Virus record (IMG/VR): IMGVR_UViG_3300005537_000001
Location: 304,055 to 368,054 of that record
Strand: one strand, 5' to 3'
DNA: 64,000 nucleotides
Shown here: one piece after another, positions 22,401 to 29,477 of the stretch
How the letters are laid out: every line of letters begins with the position of its first letter
Numbering within the stretch: the first letter of the stretch is position 1
Translations under genes and position numbers: made by a program
Notes under the pieces: generated by a model
What the model saw: only the letters and a program-made list of their open reading frames with translations
Told to the model about the DNA's origin: nothing
Database searches by the model: none

Positions 22401-22416
22401 CTAGAATTTGTGTCAT
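13498..22416 (-). CDS. Very large baseplate wedge-like structural protein (2972 aa; positional gp7 analogue)
   Basis: N-terminal LLP.YL and PPINYDKFINF.NYFW; KGT..A..AF and EFWAYK...YG motifs; two GDRILV..Q....NGIY....W.RS.D domains; lies just downstream of gp6. Confidence 0.6.
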   Translation of the reverse strand: MTQILDFNKLLPAYLKNEVLSSLVSNLFNRFVSEERSVLVAGTIGTPVAGQAIIQEPTLERQENALIPGLFYAAGTEQFLFTFDDFINKINTLNIDINDLRAWIAEQTFNYAPPINYDKFINFTNYFWVGTSLPAGSGPAWNPNNLPEYYVIARPAPTDSIKMPVRLATTASFGNINLFFNDRPPETFTLTFTDAIHFTVTSNLDANVLFGPFALNFGTGTPTNPQAGVTTSFTIQTSDAGVAAPSLNDGAQIVPLATFTVTTGISNFAAGDSFTLFIEYFTSNTLATLNSISQIGKGTITGINSIFGPGQTPQAMFIDGISIKVGDRILVKDQLNTVDNGIYIAVAGGKWQRSTDLSVGQTYTNITIFVESGATQSGTTWIFTSGIPQIIGTTNLTFVRDLANPPTPVNDWQTNNFWIHENDIPLFTDLGFTINNSTQAQRPIIEYLDTLQLNSYVDGDGNPSNATTNGVANIFQPQVKTRFGQIPQFDLLRYDGTHSGSTSGIWFYAESPNYVTDNILQRRVVTTVNGDYVFGSGIADAAGRLLYWVNDGQLNSIWQPGVTAAKASTPIFVGGSGKGKLFVTSVSMTADNQQWTATATSQTTFSIVGTRSGDVGTATALSAFTTDDLTLFIDLGINPFVVGEKFTWNVYAPTSPRYVEQLPDGSIVNFPGGYAADHANPVPVGAWLTPSRMFQNLNRQTAQQIAHGDFFNHAVSTIAWQDGFIGSAFGVSNVRNLNFNSGLGGQIREFSSNFPLLASMLIEQNISPITIIDFAEQQYNTALASIDQFLINNLAIYFASVGAIETTSINPSAPDIQALEAYFEKLRSEDVNLTSVFSDSTAAVVNWPATLPYLGLLPKVVPGVQFDFELNSAVIVYHDGHTAVVASDDPDFDRTLVKTIVPRSDGTKTPGIFSEAQPPSPYARQLWMKPSTFTISLFDVDFDTVVMPQNGSTGQYWYQRSTNTLFVFSGGWIPALVTIASRWISVNTSAIRNSLVLAVENKLYNGIHPQQQLNLNLLTSNIINSPYAQLELAQFSAEFNLDTFAPDYNPGNAFTWNYKQATIPSVATPTPARWFNIYSKYFGSFGAGVVSTERPDIQPWRLLGFTDEPATWAATWAAPVFPVGGPTTTVNRLTTSNTALSGLQVVDGSPVSSGDRILVIGQVAQQNNGIYIAAAGAWTRSSDVITSTMNVTVLDGFAWANTNWTLSTANPITVGTTNLTFKQVRVWKPEMWAAISGALPSLKLCVNTNTDGLIPPYVSPTQFASSQALLTVIPQGVNLGYAFGDDGPVELVWKKSLEFNYGLARSYFRLFPLQFLDAAWGETYIRSGSNLRVERNLEASLPSSKFLLHGERLNLINNWTPAQAKQRFVNLTNGVTWSQTFSGTVSFTVTHIANTGAVGPLGSMGPSSTVFYVFVNGVKIGLIYEGVPFSFSSDGVTFSNVTIDDLGIPFEMGDTLVVTFPGDTITTNNFVTNQDFIFGILGCEGCVNEATPNSTSTVTITVNQPTYSFNPGQTKIFNGVGQWFTDLLRFNFIDTDISTSALAYRGWTLNLVHRLGALVRPDSIDINTSQGDMPTTAYNVMLKRSMNTSDLWITGLRVQLVQMGARTLTQSGLWIPVGAGDDWIFRISGYNNAHPQLNYFQLATNLGAPFQDFIALGGAHTKLQWNQFTEVVSTQTTMLPLQITGIQNVLNFIYGYVGLIQNQGFKINATDTPITDQETGRNLDWQLEIEKFIDTVYSGQQAGQAYSLNPFMNALFLQTPTGLMGRYSTSAFIDVASTQAAYDVAGNAIPINNLRIIRTDDQTVTHTTTPIFSAHVFIDQFEHAIIFNNNFTSDVTSPLIFNPFLGEFLSSAYLTVTRQDVADGKPTFDGFYLKGNTVARNITSSVAQISNFYDAGQTFNDPVTAKNATALLGFQLQPYFNNLNISPTTQLDFWRGLIHAKGTNFAVEAFTNYKAFLDASIDEFWAYKLSTYGDARENTSPEIKINPADTAQTYTQLQFFSASDPNYSTVGALPLYIQVEADDTTRFEFNDLGTILRFDSQSIAETFTITAGPFPQYVTLQNIYYNEPSAYAPTIGASTFLPTPDLPVMITANIAKVFAPATYTVNGFTWLNKTKFSPIQLYDYVNNVRIRDITLWHPAIGIHAFNALETINMITDHDPAHYNTTTNTTDNPNYLALKPWADREVGRVWWDTKNLDYVPYYDASIFPDRQTRQTRWGSLADYAKVNLYVWTKSPFPPAEYNAQAALQAGNASIDPAVRLSGTVGFTNFYSSQRVITITPIAWSEAGVGNGNAHPAFGPAFFTKLYISGTNLIADTGRLADINVVAGRSLGAWNMLPMNLGGQVPASEVLIGSTVGYDIGSALDGPGVPILTPATGVLASVTVNSIGNSSIFGTQIGQLKLVDNNDGTTFFLRMMSSSGFTQDVQLSDWTSTNLLANSQQTYTFDQFGLQVTATRSATGTITASNLAIALTNPSNDIFVREQVSYTVVVPFPSNTGTTLDNNPADVPASEFGWKTWMIPTQAQLSSDLIPPNNQWLPYLGQPVTIQATGPVAAAMADPANTLTLSTGIVINRFNSSWTPFVQLEDEVQITVSNGSAPVVFTLADQTSISSNRLSVYANGIQLNPSAYVINGNLVQIVNILPEGTTVRLLYRMFQPTAADLAFNPAVKDNPIIQTQYKQDYQFTKLVQRNSLGAITGTNYYFWVTGKTDPLPNQSFNLVQASEDLTKGEDTYMLFSRLVADGNSVSGSGFDSCAIFGLGTLVNAVNTFKLRFLRDFTLRDDPEQLKLKNVHTEWTLIRQNQSTRIPQQLWNVLTNAACGQDAGGNQLPSQIRIDYDNLYGTQTQFGFGNGQIFAPMSLTLGSIINTILNTKVTVTVGNSVITDDITVLNITPETTQASLTAQSFSSPAVTRTTMNLIYNTARAAQINEIFFNALNDALVSNYQLTDIFKTSLLTLSSATNVTQQTQSTQINEFY

Positions 22417-22420
22417 AGGT

Positions 22421-22428
22421 TATTTATC
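22421..22428 (-). promoter_or_regulatory. Late promoter GATAAATA, 4 nt before the ATG
   Basis: Minus strand GGGATAAATAACCTATG. Confidence 0.65.
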
Positions 22429-22449
22429 CCGCGGTATAAACCTCGGGAA

Positions 22450-22689
22450 TCACGCTTTCTTCAAACCGTTGAGCCAATCTCTAGCGTCGCTCAAGGATTT
22501 CTTTGTGATTCTGTGATTAATCCCATTCTTGTTTACGGTGGCTATGTGGTAAAACGTTCCTTCCGGATGATTGGTTTGAACGATGTGATTTTCACCGCTT
22601 GTATGAATTTTTACCACGCTGTGCCCTTTTGCGGCATATAGATTCTTTATCTTGTTGGTTACGCTTTCATGCAGTTGATTAAGAAGCAT
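22450..22689 (-). CDS. Small basic His-rich protein with class-I leader (MLLNQLHE)
   Basis: ORF inserted between baseplate genes; leader resembles those of other small late ORFs. Confidence 0.65.
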   Translation of the reverse strand: MLLNQLHESVTNKIKNLYAAKGHSVVKIHTSGENHIVQTNHPEGTFYHIATVNKNGINHRITKKSLSDARDWLNGLKKA

Positions 22690-22697
22690 TTGAGTCC

Positions 22698-25600
22698 CTA
22701 GGTGGTTTGACGAAGAACTGTAGGAGTCAACGCGGTAACGATTTGCACGTTAGCTACGGTAGCGCAGGATTGAAGGACCTCATCGATGCCAGAATCAATG
22801 GTAAAGAGCGAACCGAATGAGTTGACTGAGAACGTTGGTACGATAACCACTGAGGATATCTGCGTAGGCAGTGCCTGATGAATCAACCCGATAAGTTCAG
22901 TAGCATAGAATGTTTTTCCAAAATCCCAATTTTTGATTTGGAAAAATGTGTTTATCGTGTTTATGACTTCTTGCTGAATTCTCTGGGATGTAAATGTTGC
23001 CGTTGGCGCGATGACAACCATGAACGTAGCTTGCAGCGTTTGATCTGCTTGCGGACCAAATAGCAGCTTGATTTTACCCGGATGTAAAACTACCGTATCC
23101 GAAAGCATCTTAAACTGCAGCAGATGACCATATGCCGTTAACAGATCAAGCGGCGTTGGTGGAGATGGCGCTACGTTGGTAATTCCCTTGATGAAATTTT
23201 GAATGCTGGTGTAGTATCCCTGCGTCAAGATGTAGCTGTCATGGATGTTAGATACGGATGGGTCTATCAGGTTGGCGTTAGGTGTAAAGTGCTGCCACAT
23301 GAAGTCCAAGCCGGTAGTTGTGTTGCAACCGAAGTTTCCGGTTGTTGAATTTACCGTCGCTGGTGCCGGAACAAATAGTTGCCGAGCCAGCTGAAATGAA
23401 TTGGCACCGCTTGTTACGATGTTTGACAGGAAGTTACCTGATCCGAATGAGAAATCAAGCCCCTCGTTTATCAAATTGATAGTACCCGTATCATAATCTG
23501 CTGTGTCGTATGGGTTTAAATCGAACCCCGATGCAAACACGTAATCACTACAGGGCACCGTGTCAATGATAAACGGCGCGCTTGGGTTAGTTGGAGTAAC
23601 ATTTATCAGCGTAAATTGATACGATCCAGCTGCAAAATTTTCAAACTGCAGCAGATTTCCAGGCGTGCCATTTCCAGCGGTTATGAAATTAATCGTTTCG
23701 GTTGGTAGAATTTCCAAGCTGTTTGTAAGCACGACGCCATTTTGATCAAACGCAAAGTTAACTACGTCATAGATGTCAGCTTGACCAAGCGGCTGTCCCT
23801 GAGCGTTAATGTTTGAGCGTAAGATTCGTATCTTGTCATAGAGCGGTAGAAGAGTTTCTGAGTCAATTATCTGGGTGCTTTGGTTAAACCAGAACTTGGT
23901 TGTAGGACTCGACGCGATTATTTTCATGTCGCGGTTGTAGATTGACCAGCTGGTTGGAGCTGAAACTGGTCCGCTTCTAGCCACCAGAAATACCCAATCC
24001 TGTCCAGGAACCGTAGTGTCGAAATTCATCTGCTCTACAAAATTGGGTCCGTTGCTGGCTCCACCCTGGAATAATCCCAATCCAACCGGTGGTAGGCTGA
24101 AGATTACGCTGGTAGGTATAAGCTGCCACCATCCAGTAAGGTTTGCCGTATGAGCTTGATTGATTCCAAACGCTCTAACGACGGCACCAAAAACTTGAGA
24201 TTGAACCAGCGTTCCAACGCTGATCTTGTTTGATGAATCGGTAACGCTTGGTGTGATGCTAGTTACGGTTCTGAAAATTTCTGGAACAGTAAGCTGTGCC
24301 GCGGTTGGGCCAACCGCAGCGACGGTGAGAGCGTTTCCACTAACGTCCGTTCCGACTATGGTAAATGTGTTTCCTGACATATTTCCAGCTGACGATAGAA
24401 TTACCTGAAATGGTGAAATTCCGATAAATGGACTTGACGTTAGCGTGAGAGGCGTGCTTGCGGTAGCGTGCTGCGCCGTTGAAATTGCAGATGTTTGAGC
24501 TGAAAATGGGCTAATGTCGATTACGAATGCATCTCCAGCTTGATATTCATTTCCAACAGATGAGATGATAAAATCTACCGGCACCGCGACGTCACCAGCT
24601 TGAGCTGAATATCGCTCAAGGCTTGGGCTTGAGGCGGCGACGGACAGAACATAATTTGGAAGCGCGCCTCGCACGTTGCTTATAACCGTGAAGGTATTGT
24701 TGTCGGACGTCATCTCGATGGTAATTGTTTCTACCTTGGATGATATCAATCCATTTGCTGGTGCGGGTTGTGGAACACCGCCTACGATCGTTCCATTATT
24801 TCCCGTTATCCCGTTAAGCGCGCCGTCACCATATCCCCACTGTTGATTAGGTGTAGAATCATTTGGATTGTACAGAGTTATGGTTCCACCACCAAACGTT
24901 TGAAGCAGGGGATTGAAGCGCAAACCAAAATACTGCTGCGCTGAAATTGTCTGTAAACCCGAACCAGTATCTCCAGGCGGAAAAAGATTTACACCATCAA
25001 TCGTACGAGGTAGATTAGAAACGTAGAGCTTGTCGTCAGTCATCGGATTAAGAATTGGATCTGGGACGACACCAACTTGAGTTCCATTTATGATAACGGT
25101 TGACAGCGGTTCACCAAAAAAGTGCTGATCGAGAGCTCCCTGAATTACCGTTTTTTCCAAGAGGGTTCCATTTGGTGGGGATAGTGAATTTGGAAATACA
25201 GCTCCGGCATTGTACCCGTACGGTGCTACTGGCAAACCATTGATGTCAAAGTAGATTGGGCGGTTATCCTCGATGAACACCCGGCGTGGATAGCTTACTA
25301 TTCCGACCGTCGTCCACGTAAATGCACCCTGCTCCGTTGTTGTGGTAGCTAGAATGTGCGTCATCGTGTTAAAGACCGCGTCAGTTTGTAGCTGCGGTTC
25401 GATGAACGAGTCGATGATTCCTCTTGAGCTGGCGGTAGTTACCTGAAGATCGATAGTCGTGTTTAGGGCGAGGGTAAGATCATCACCAAACAGCTTGATG
25501 TTTTGGAAAGCACCCGACGCATCGTTCCACTGAATGTATTTTGGTTGACCGGCGAACGTTCTGTTGATGGTGTTCAGCTTTAGAATGGTAGAATCCTGAA

Positions 25601-26906
25601 GCATGAACGTGTTGTAATCTTGACCATTTACCATGCGATTTTGCGCGTAGTAGGTTGATGGTGCAGCTTGGCGAACGTGCTCGATAGTTTCAGATGCCGA
25701 ATTGTTTTGCAGCGCTGACGTTAGCGAGAACGTTACGTTAAAGTTGTGCGCGAGGCCAGTTTTGTCAGAATACACAAGCGGCATCGCCTGTCCAGCTATC
25801 GAGGTTTTTGGAATGCTGATGTCTTGGTTGACCGACACTCTCGTCCAAAATTGAAATGTTCCTACCGGCGTGTCGCTGAAGTTACCATCACCGAAAAGCA
25901 GCGCTATTTGGTCATTTTCAAGTGATTCAATCTGATACTGAAAGCGCGTGTTTGTATTTGTGTTAAACGCTAAAGTTTGATCGGCGAGGTTGTTAACTGC
26001 GACCCAATTTTGGGTTATCGTGTTAGTATTATCAACTTGATATACCCAAACGTCGGTGTTGTTTACGTTAATGGCGCTTAGCTCAATTCTTCTATTTGCC
26101 GTAGGCTGGGTGATTGTGTAGTTCGTTAGGAGCAGCGTTCCCTGTTTAACAAACATCAAGAATCCAGTAAAGTCAGAACCATCCCCACGACCATCAGATG
26201 CGTACACGATGTTGAACTGCGCGTTAGAATCCGGCGCTCGCTCAAATGGGCCATTCGCATCAATATCTATCGGTACGCATTCCATTGCTACTGAGCTGGT
26301 GCTGGTAGCAGCGGTAAATGGAAATACACCATTGGTGAACGTTCCAGCTTGATTGTTTAGGGTGTAGAGCTGCAAAAGAACGTCAGCGATTTGAAACGAT
26401 TTAGATGGTTGCCCAAATGGTACGGTTAGCGCCGCGCTTATAACCAAAAAGAATTGTTCTTTCCAGTTGGTATTGTTTGGATCGTTCCACGTTATGGTCA
26501 CGTTTGCGAGGTTGTTGCCTAGTGAGTCGAAAATTGTTTGATCAGTTAGAACGGTGTTTATCTTGACTAGACCACGAGCCGGAATATTTCTTGAAGCTGA
26601 ATAGGAAATAAGTTTTGCTAGGCGAAGAATAGATTGCTTGCGCTGCGCGGTTGAGATGAAATTTTCATGCGCTGCAACGTCGGTGCGATACGCTATCAAT
26701 TCTGCGGTATAGGCAAACAGTTCAAGGAGGGCGATGAGCTCCGAGCTCTCGATGAAGTCATTGTAATCTTCAGCATAGTAAATCTGAAGATATTGTAGAA
26801 GTGATTCCTTTACTGTATCGAAGTCAAAGCTTGTAAAGTTAATCTGTTGAAAAGCGGTGTAAACTTTATTCCACGCTTCTGCCGCATATACGTTGATTAT
26901 TGTCAT
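22698..26906 (-). CDS. Baseplate wedge subunit, T4 gp6-like, with large internal insertion (1402 aa)
   Basis: DFDTVKESLLQYL...DFIESS...LLELFAY...ENFISTAQ; L.FGDG; ETIEHVRQAAP..Y..QNRMV..QDY; C-terminal FF....W.FG..FY.TEL. Confidence 0.85.
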   Translation of the reverse strand: MTIINVYAAEAWNKVYTAFQQINFTSFDFDTVKESLLQYLQIYYAEDYNDFIESSELIALLELFAYTAELIAYRTDVAAHENFISTAQRKQSILRLAKLISYSASRNIPARGLVKINTVLTDQTIFDSLGNNLANVTITWNDPNNTNWKEQFFLVISAALTVPFGQPSKSFQIADVLLQLYTLNNQAGTFTNGVFPFTAATSTSSVAMECVPIDIDANGPFERAPDSNAQFNIVYASDGRGDGSDFTGFLMFVKQGTLLLTNYTITQPTANRRIELSAINVNNTDVWVYQVDNTNTITQNWVAVNNLADQTLAFNTNTNTRFQYQIESLENDQIALLFGDGNFSDTPVGTFQFWTRVSVNQDISIPKTSIAGQAMPLVYSDKTGLAHNFNVTFSLTSALQNNSASETIEHVRQAAPSTYYAQNRMVNGQDYNTFMLQDSTILKLNTINRTFAGQPKYIQWNDASGAFQNIKLFGDDLTLALNTTIDLQVTTASSRGIIDSFIEPQLQTDAVFNTMTHILATTTTEQGAFTWTTVGIVSYPRRVFIEDNRPIYFDINGLPVAPYGYNAGAVFPNSLSPPNGTLLEKTVIQGALDQHFFGEPLSTVIINGTQVGVVPDPILNPMTDDKLYVSNLPRTIDGVNLFPPGDTGSGLQTISAQQYFGLRFNPLLQTFGGGTITLYNPNDSTPNQQWGYGDGALNGITGNNGTIVGGVPQPAPANGLISSKVETITIEMTSDNNTFTVISNVRGALPNYVLSVAASSPSLERYSAQAGDVAVPVDFIISSVGNEYQAGDAFVIDISPFSAQTSAISTAQHATASTPLTLTSSPFIGISPFQVILSSAGNMSGNTFTIVGTDVSGNALTVAAVGPTAAQLTVPEIFRTVTSITPSVTDSSNKISVGTLVQSQVFGAVVRAFGINQAHTANLTGWWQLIPTSVIFSLPPVGLGLFQGGASNGPNFVEQMNFDTTVPGQDWVFLVARSGPVSAPTSWSIYNRDMKIIASSPTTKFWFNQSTQIIDSETLLPLYDKIRILRSNINAQGQPLGQADIYDVVNFAFDQNGVVLTNSLEILPTETINFITAGNGTPGNLLQFENFAAGSYQFTLINVTPTNPSAPFIIDTVPCSDYVFASGFDLNPYDTADYDTGTINLINEGLDFSFGSGNFLSNIVTSGANSFQLARQLFVPAPATVNSTTGNFGCNTTTGLDFMWQHFTPNANLIDPSVSNIHDSYILTQGYYTSIQNFIKGITNVAPSPPTPLDLLTAYGHLLQFKMLSDTVVLHPGKIKLLFGPQADQTLQATFMVVIAPTATFTSQRIQQEVINTINTFFQIKNWDFGKTFYATELIGLIHQALPTQISSVVIVPTFSVNSFGSLFTIDSGIDEVLQSCATVANVQIVTALTPTVLRQTT

Positions 26907-26907
26907 T

Positions 26908-27561
26908 CTATTTTCCTATGCTCTTTTCAATCGCCTTGAATTCTGGATAATCATAACCATCGTCTCTGGCCATTTTGATGTACCCGCAAACCCTGTCAGT
27001 GTCATACCCATTCTTTAACAGTCGCAACAAATACTTTATTAATTTTTCCCTGTCACCAAAAGATATATCCACTAATGATGGGTGAATATAGGACCCCTTA
27101 GCCTCACCAAGTTTTCCGATGCTCTTTTCAATCGTTTTGAATTCTGGATAGTCGTACCCAGCATTCTTGCATTTTTCTATCCATTGCTCTACGTCGTTAG
27201 AAGATTGAGATGTTCCATGCTTGAGTCTATGCAAGCACAACCGAATAAATTTATCCTTGTCCTTGAACTTAACCAGCTTAAAACCACCAAAATCACCTAT
27301 TTTTATACCGTATTCTGACGTTCCCTCGGCTATTTTTCCGATGCTCTGCTCAATGGTCTTGAATTCTGAATAGTTATAACCGGCATTCTTGCACATCTTT
27401 ACCCAATATTGCACTTCACTTATACTTCCGGATCTTAATTCCTTTAGACATAGCTTGATGAATTTTTCATGATCTCGAAACCTAACTACACGTTCACCAC
27501 CCGGTTCATACACCGTGATGCCATCGTTATTTTTCTCTTGTAGAAGTTCAGCTAGCTTCAT
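26908..27561 (-). CDS. Three-repeat protein (GY.Y[PS]EFK.IE.SIGK) with class-I leader MKLAELLQE
   Basis: Three related helical units visible in the translation; AT-rich; inserted between gp25 and gp6. Confidence 0.75.
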   Translation of the reverse strand: MKLAELLQEKNNDGITVYEPGGERVVRFRDHEKFIKLCLKELRSGSISEVQYWVKMCKNAGYNYSEFKTIEQSIGKIAEGTSEYGIKIGDFGGFKLVKFKDKDKFIRLCLHRLKHGTSQSSNDVEQWIEKCKNAGYDYPEFKTIEKSIGKLGEAKGSYIHPSLVDISFGDREKLIKYLLRLLKNGYDTDRVCGYIKMARDDGYDYPEFKAIEKSIGK

Positions 27562-27929
27562 TGAGTTGGTACCTCAATGTTTAAAACGTCGGTCACGTTA
27601 AACTCAATGTAGAGTAAGTTTGCCGCGGCGATGATCGCGTTGTTGTTCGGCAGCGCCGTTACGTTGAGCGAGAGCAGCTTGACGCGCGGATCATAGTTGA
27701 ACACGGCCGTAAGATCTTCTTCGATGATGCCGATCGTTTTTGCGTCGTTTGGTTCGAACGCCATAATCGGAATTCTAGTTCCAAAGTTTGGCATCATCAC
27801 CCTTTCGCCTTTTATCGTATAGATCTGATTCAGGAGATCCTGCTTTACCAGGTCGATGTTGGTTAACACGAACGACTTGGAAACAAGCCAGTTCGCCGTC
27901 GAAAATCCTCTGTAAATTGCCTGCGCCAT
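27558..27929 (-). CDS. Baseplate wedge subunit gp25-like
   Basis: DLVKQDLLN...T.KGERVM.P.FGT.I....FEP...YDPRV. Confidence 0.9.
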   Translation of the reverse strand: MAQAIYRGFSTANWLVSKSFVLTNIDLVKQDLLNQIYTIKGERVMMPNFGTRIPIMAFEPNDAKTIGIIEEDLTAVFNYDPRVKLLSLNVTALPNNNAIIAAANLLYIEFNVTDVLNIEVPTQ

Positions 27930-27951
27930 ATGTTAGCCCCATCGAATCCTG

Positions 27952-27959
27952 TATTTATC
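27952..27959 (-). promoter_or_regulatory. Late promoter GATAAATA
   Basis: Intergenic, upstream of gp25. Confidence 0.7.
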
Positions 27960-27980
27960 CGATAGCCTGAACAATCAGAA

Positions 27981-29477
27981 TCACGGCTTCCAAAAGGGGC
28001 CACGAGGCGTAGCTGACACCGGTCTAGTCCACGGTTCGAATTCCGGCACAACGGACGGTTGCGCGGCTTGTTCAGCACAGGTTGCTGTACCGGCGGTTTG
28101 AGCGTCAGAGGCCTGTTGAGCTGGAGGAACTGGAGGAACTGGTCCGGAGGTTGCGTTGGGTTGAATGATGACTTCTGATTCATCGGTGCCGACACCCATG
28201 AAGCCGATGCCAAATACCGTCGTTACTAAGCTGCTGATGCCGACGCTGAGCTCGCCGTTGATGGTAATGTCGTTGCCACCGATATCTACCTCCGGCGCAG
28301 TCGCCCTAATTGAGCCGGCCTTCAAGCTTGTTGTGCCAGATGCAGCCATGTTAAGGTTGCCGCCGGATTTAACGTTTACGCCGGAGTCTCCGGTTACGTT
28401 AAAGCTTTGATTAGATCTTACGTTCAAATCCTTTGCCGCCGTTAGATGCATTCCCTGCTCAGCGTCCATGTCAAAGATGCCACACGCTGATTGAACGATG
28501 TTTTGAGTTGCGACAACTTGAAAGCTCCGCGCCGTAGTTATCCGCGCATCTCCAGCATTACAGATAAGGTTGAAACCCTTTCCAGCTTCCATGTTGATGT
28601 TACCATCGGCAAATAGATTGAGGTCGCTGCCAGATCGAACGCTTACGGCCTGGGCGCCAAAGATGTTGATGTGACCATCTTGATCAAGCTCAATCCAAGT
28701 ATTTCCCTTTGACGTTGAAACGTAGATACGCTCGTTAGCATCATCAAATATTATCTGATGACCTTCAGCTGTCTTCATTCTCAGGCGGGCAAAGTGTGGG
28801 TCATCTTGAATTATCATCCCGGCGCGGCCGGGAGTTATCAGACAGTAGGTCTGTGGATCAAGATATGACGGGTCAGCTGGATTCGCGGTGTAACCGTCGG
28901 AACCATTTCGGTTATTTGATCCCTGAGCTACCGCGTTCTCGTAGGCGCCGCGCGTAATGGCTTCTGATTGCGTTGTTTTGTTCTGAAATTGGGTGCGAAG
29001 ATTGTTATAAGCTGGTTGGATTGGATTTAAATTACCCTTACCATCACCAGAATCTCCCCACGGTCCCTGTCTACCGTTGAAATCAGTATTTCTTCCAGCT
29101 GGTAGGGAACGGTTGCGGTGGAGGCGAAGCGTTGACGCGAAGTAAAACCTGGCTGTTGGATTTCCATTCATGCAGAACACGCATACGGTTGAACCAATCT
29201 TTGGTATCGCCCAAAAGCCATATGCGGAATCGGCGTTGTTGGGAATAGTTGCTTCTCCAGCTGGATACGCGACGGTAAATCCACCAAATGGAGAAGCGTA
29301 GTCCGCCCAAGGAATTACGTCAATGTCAAAATCCTCACCATCTAAAGCTGGAATCCACGCGCGCACCCTGCCCATTTGATTCGGATCATTTGTGTCAACC
29401 ACCTGCCCTTCCATGATCCATGGAATGTTATCGTGATAGTATTCAGCTGGGGTTTGTATGGATTTATATTCAGCCAT
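27981..29477 (-). CDS. Baseplate central spike, gp5/VgrG-like (no lysozyme domain seen)
   Basis: OB-fold VVD..DP...GRVR..IP...W; P.IGS.V.V; T..GH...FDD..ERI; beta-helix repeats; C-terminal EPW.R. Confidence 0.85.
   Translation of the reverse strand: MAEYKSIQTPAEYYHDNIPWIMEGQVVDTNDPNQMGRVRAWIPALDGEDFDIDVIPWADYASPFGGFTVAYPAGEATIPNNADSAYGFWAIPKIGSTVCVFCMNGNPTARFYFASTLRLHRNRSLPAGRNTDFNGRQGPWGDSGDGKGNLNPIQPAYNNLRTQFQNKTTQSEAITRGAYENAVAQGSNNRNGSDGYTANPADPSYLDPQTYCLITPGRAGMIIQDDPHFARLRMKTAEGHQIIFDDANERIYVSTSKGNTWIELDQDGHINIFGAQAVSVRSGSDLNLFADGNINMEAGKGFNLICNAGDARITTARSFQVVATQNIVQSACGIFDMDAEQGMHLTAAKDLNVRSNQSFNVTGDSGVNVKSGGNLNMAASGTTSLKAGSIRATAPEVDIGGNDITINGELSVGISSLVTTVFGIGFMGVGTDESEVIIQPNATSGPVPPVPPAQQASDAQTAGTATCAEQAAQPSVVPEFEPWTRPVSATPRGPFWKP

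Noticed and set aside
26908-27400. DNA repeats considered as a CRISPR array or DGR template/variable repeats
   Set aside because: Degenerate, in-frame coding repeats spaced about 200 bp apart; differences are not adenine-specific and no reverse transcriptase or cas gene is in the window
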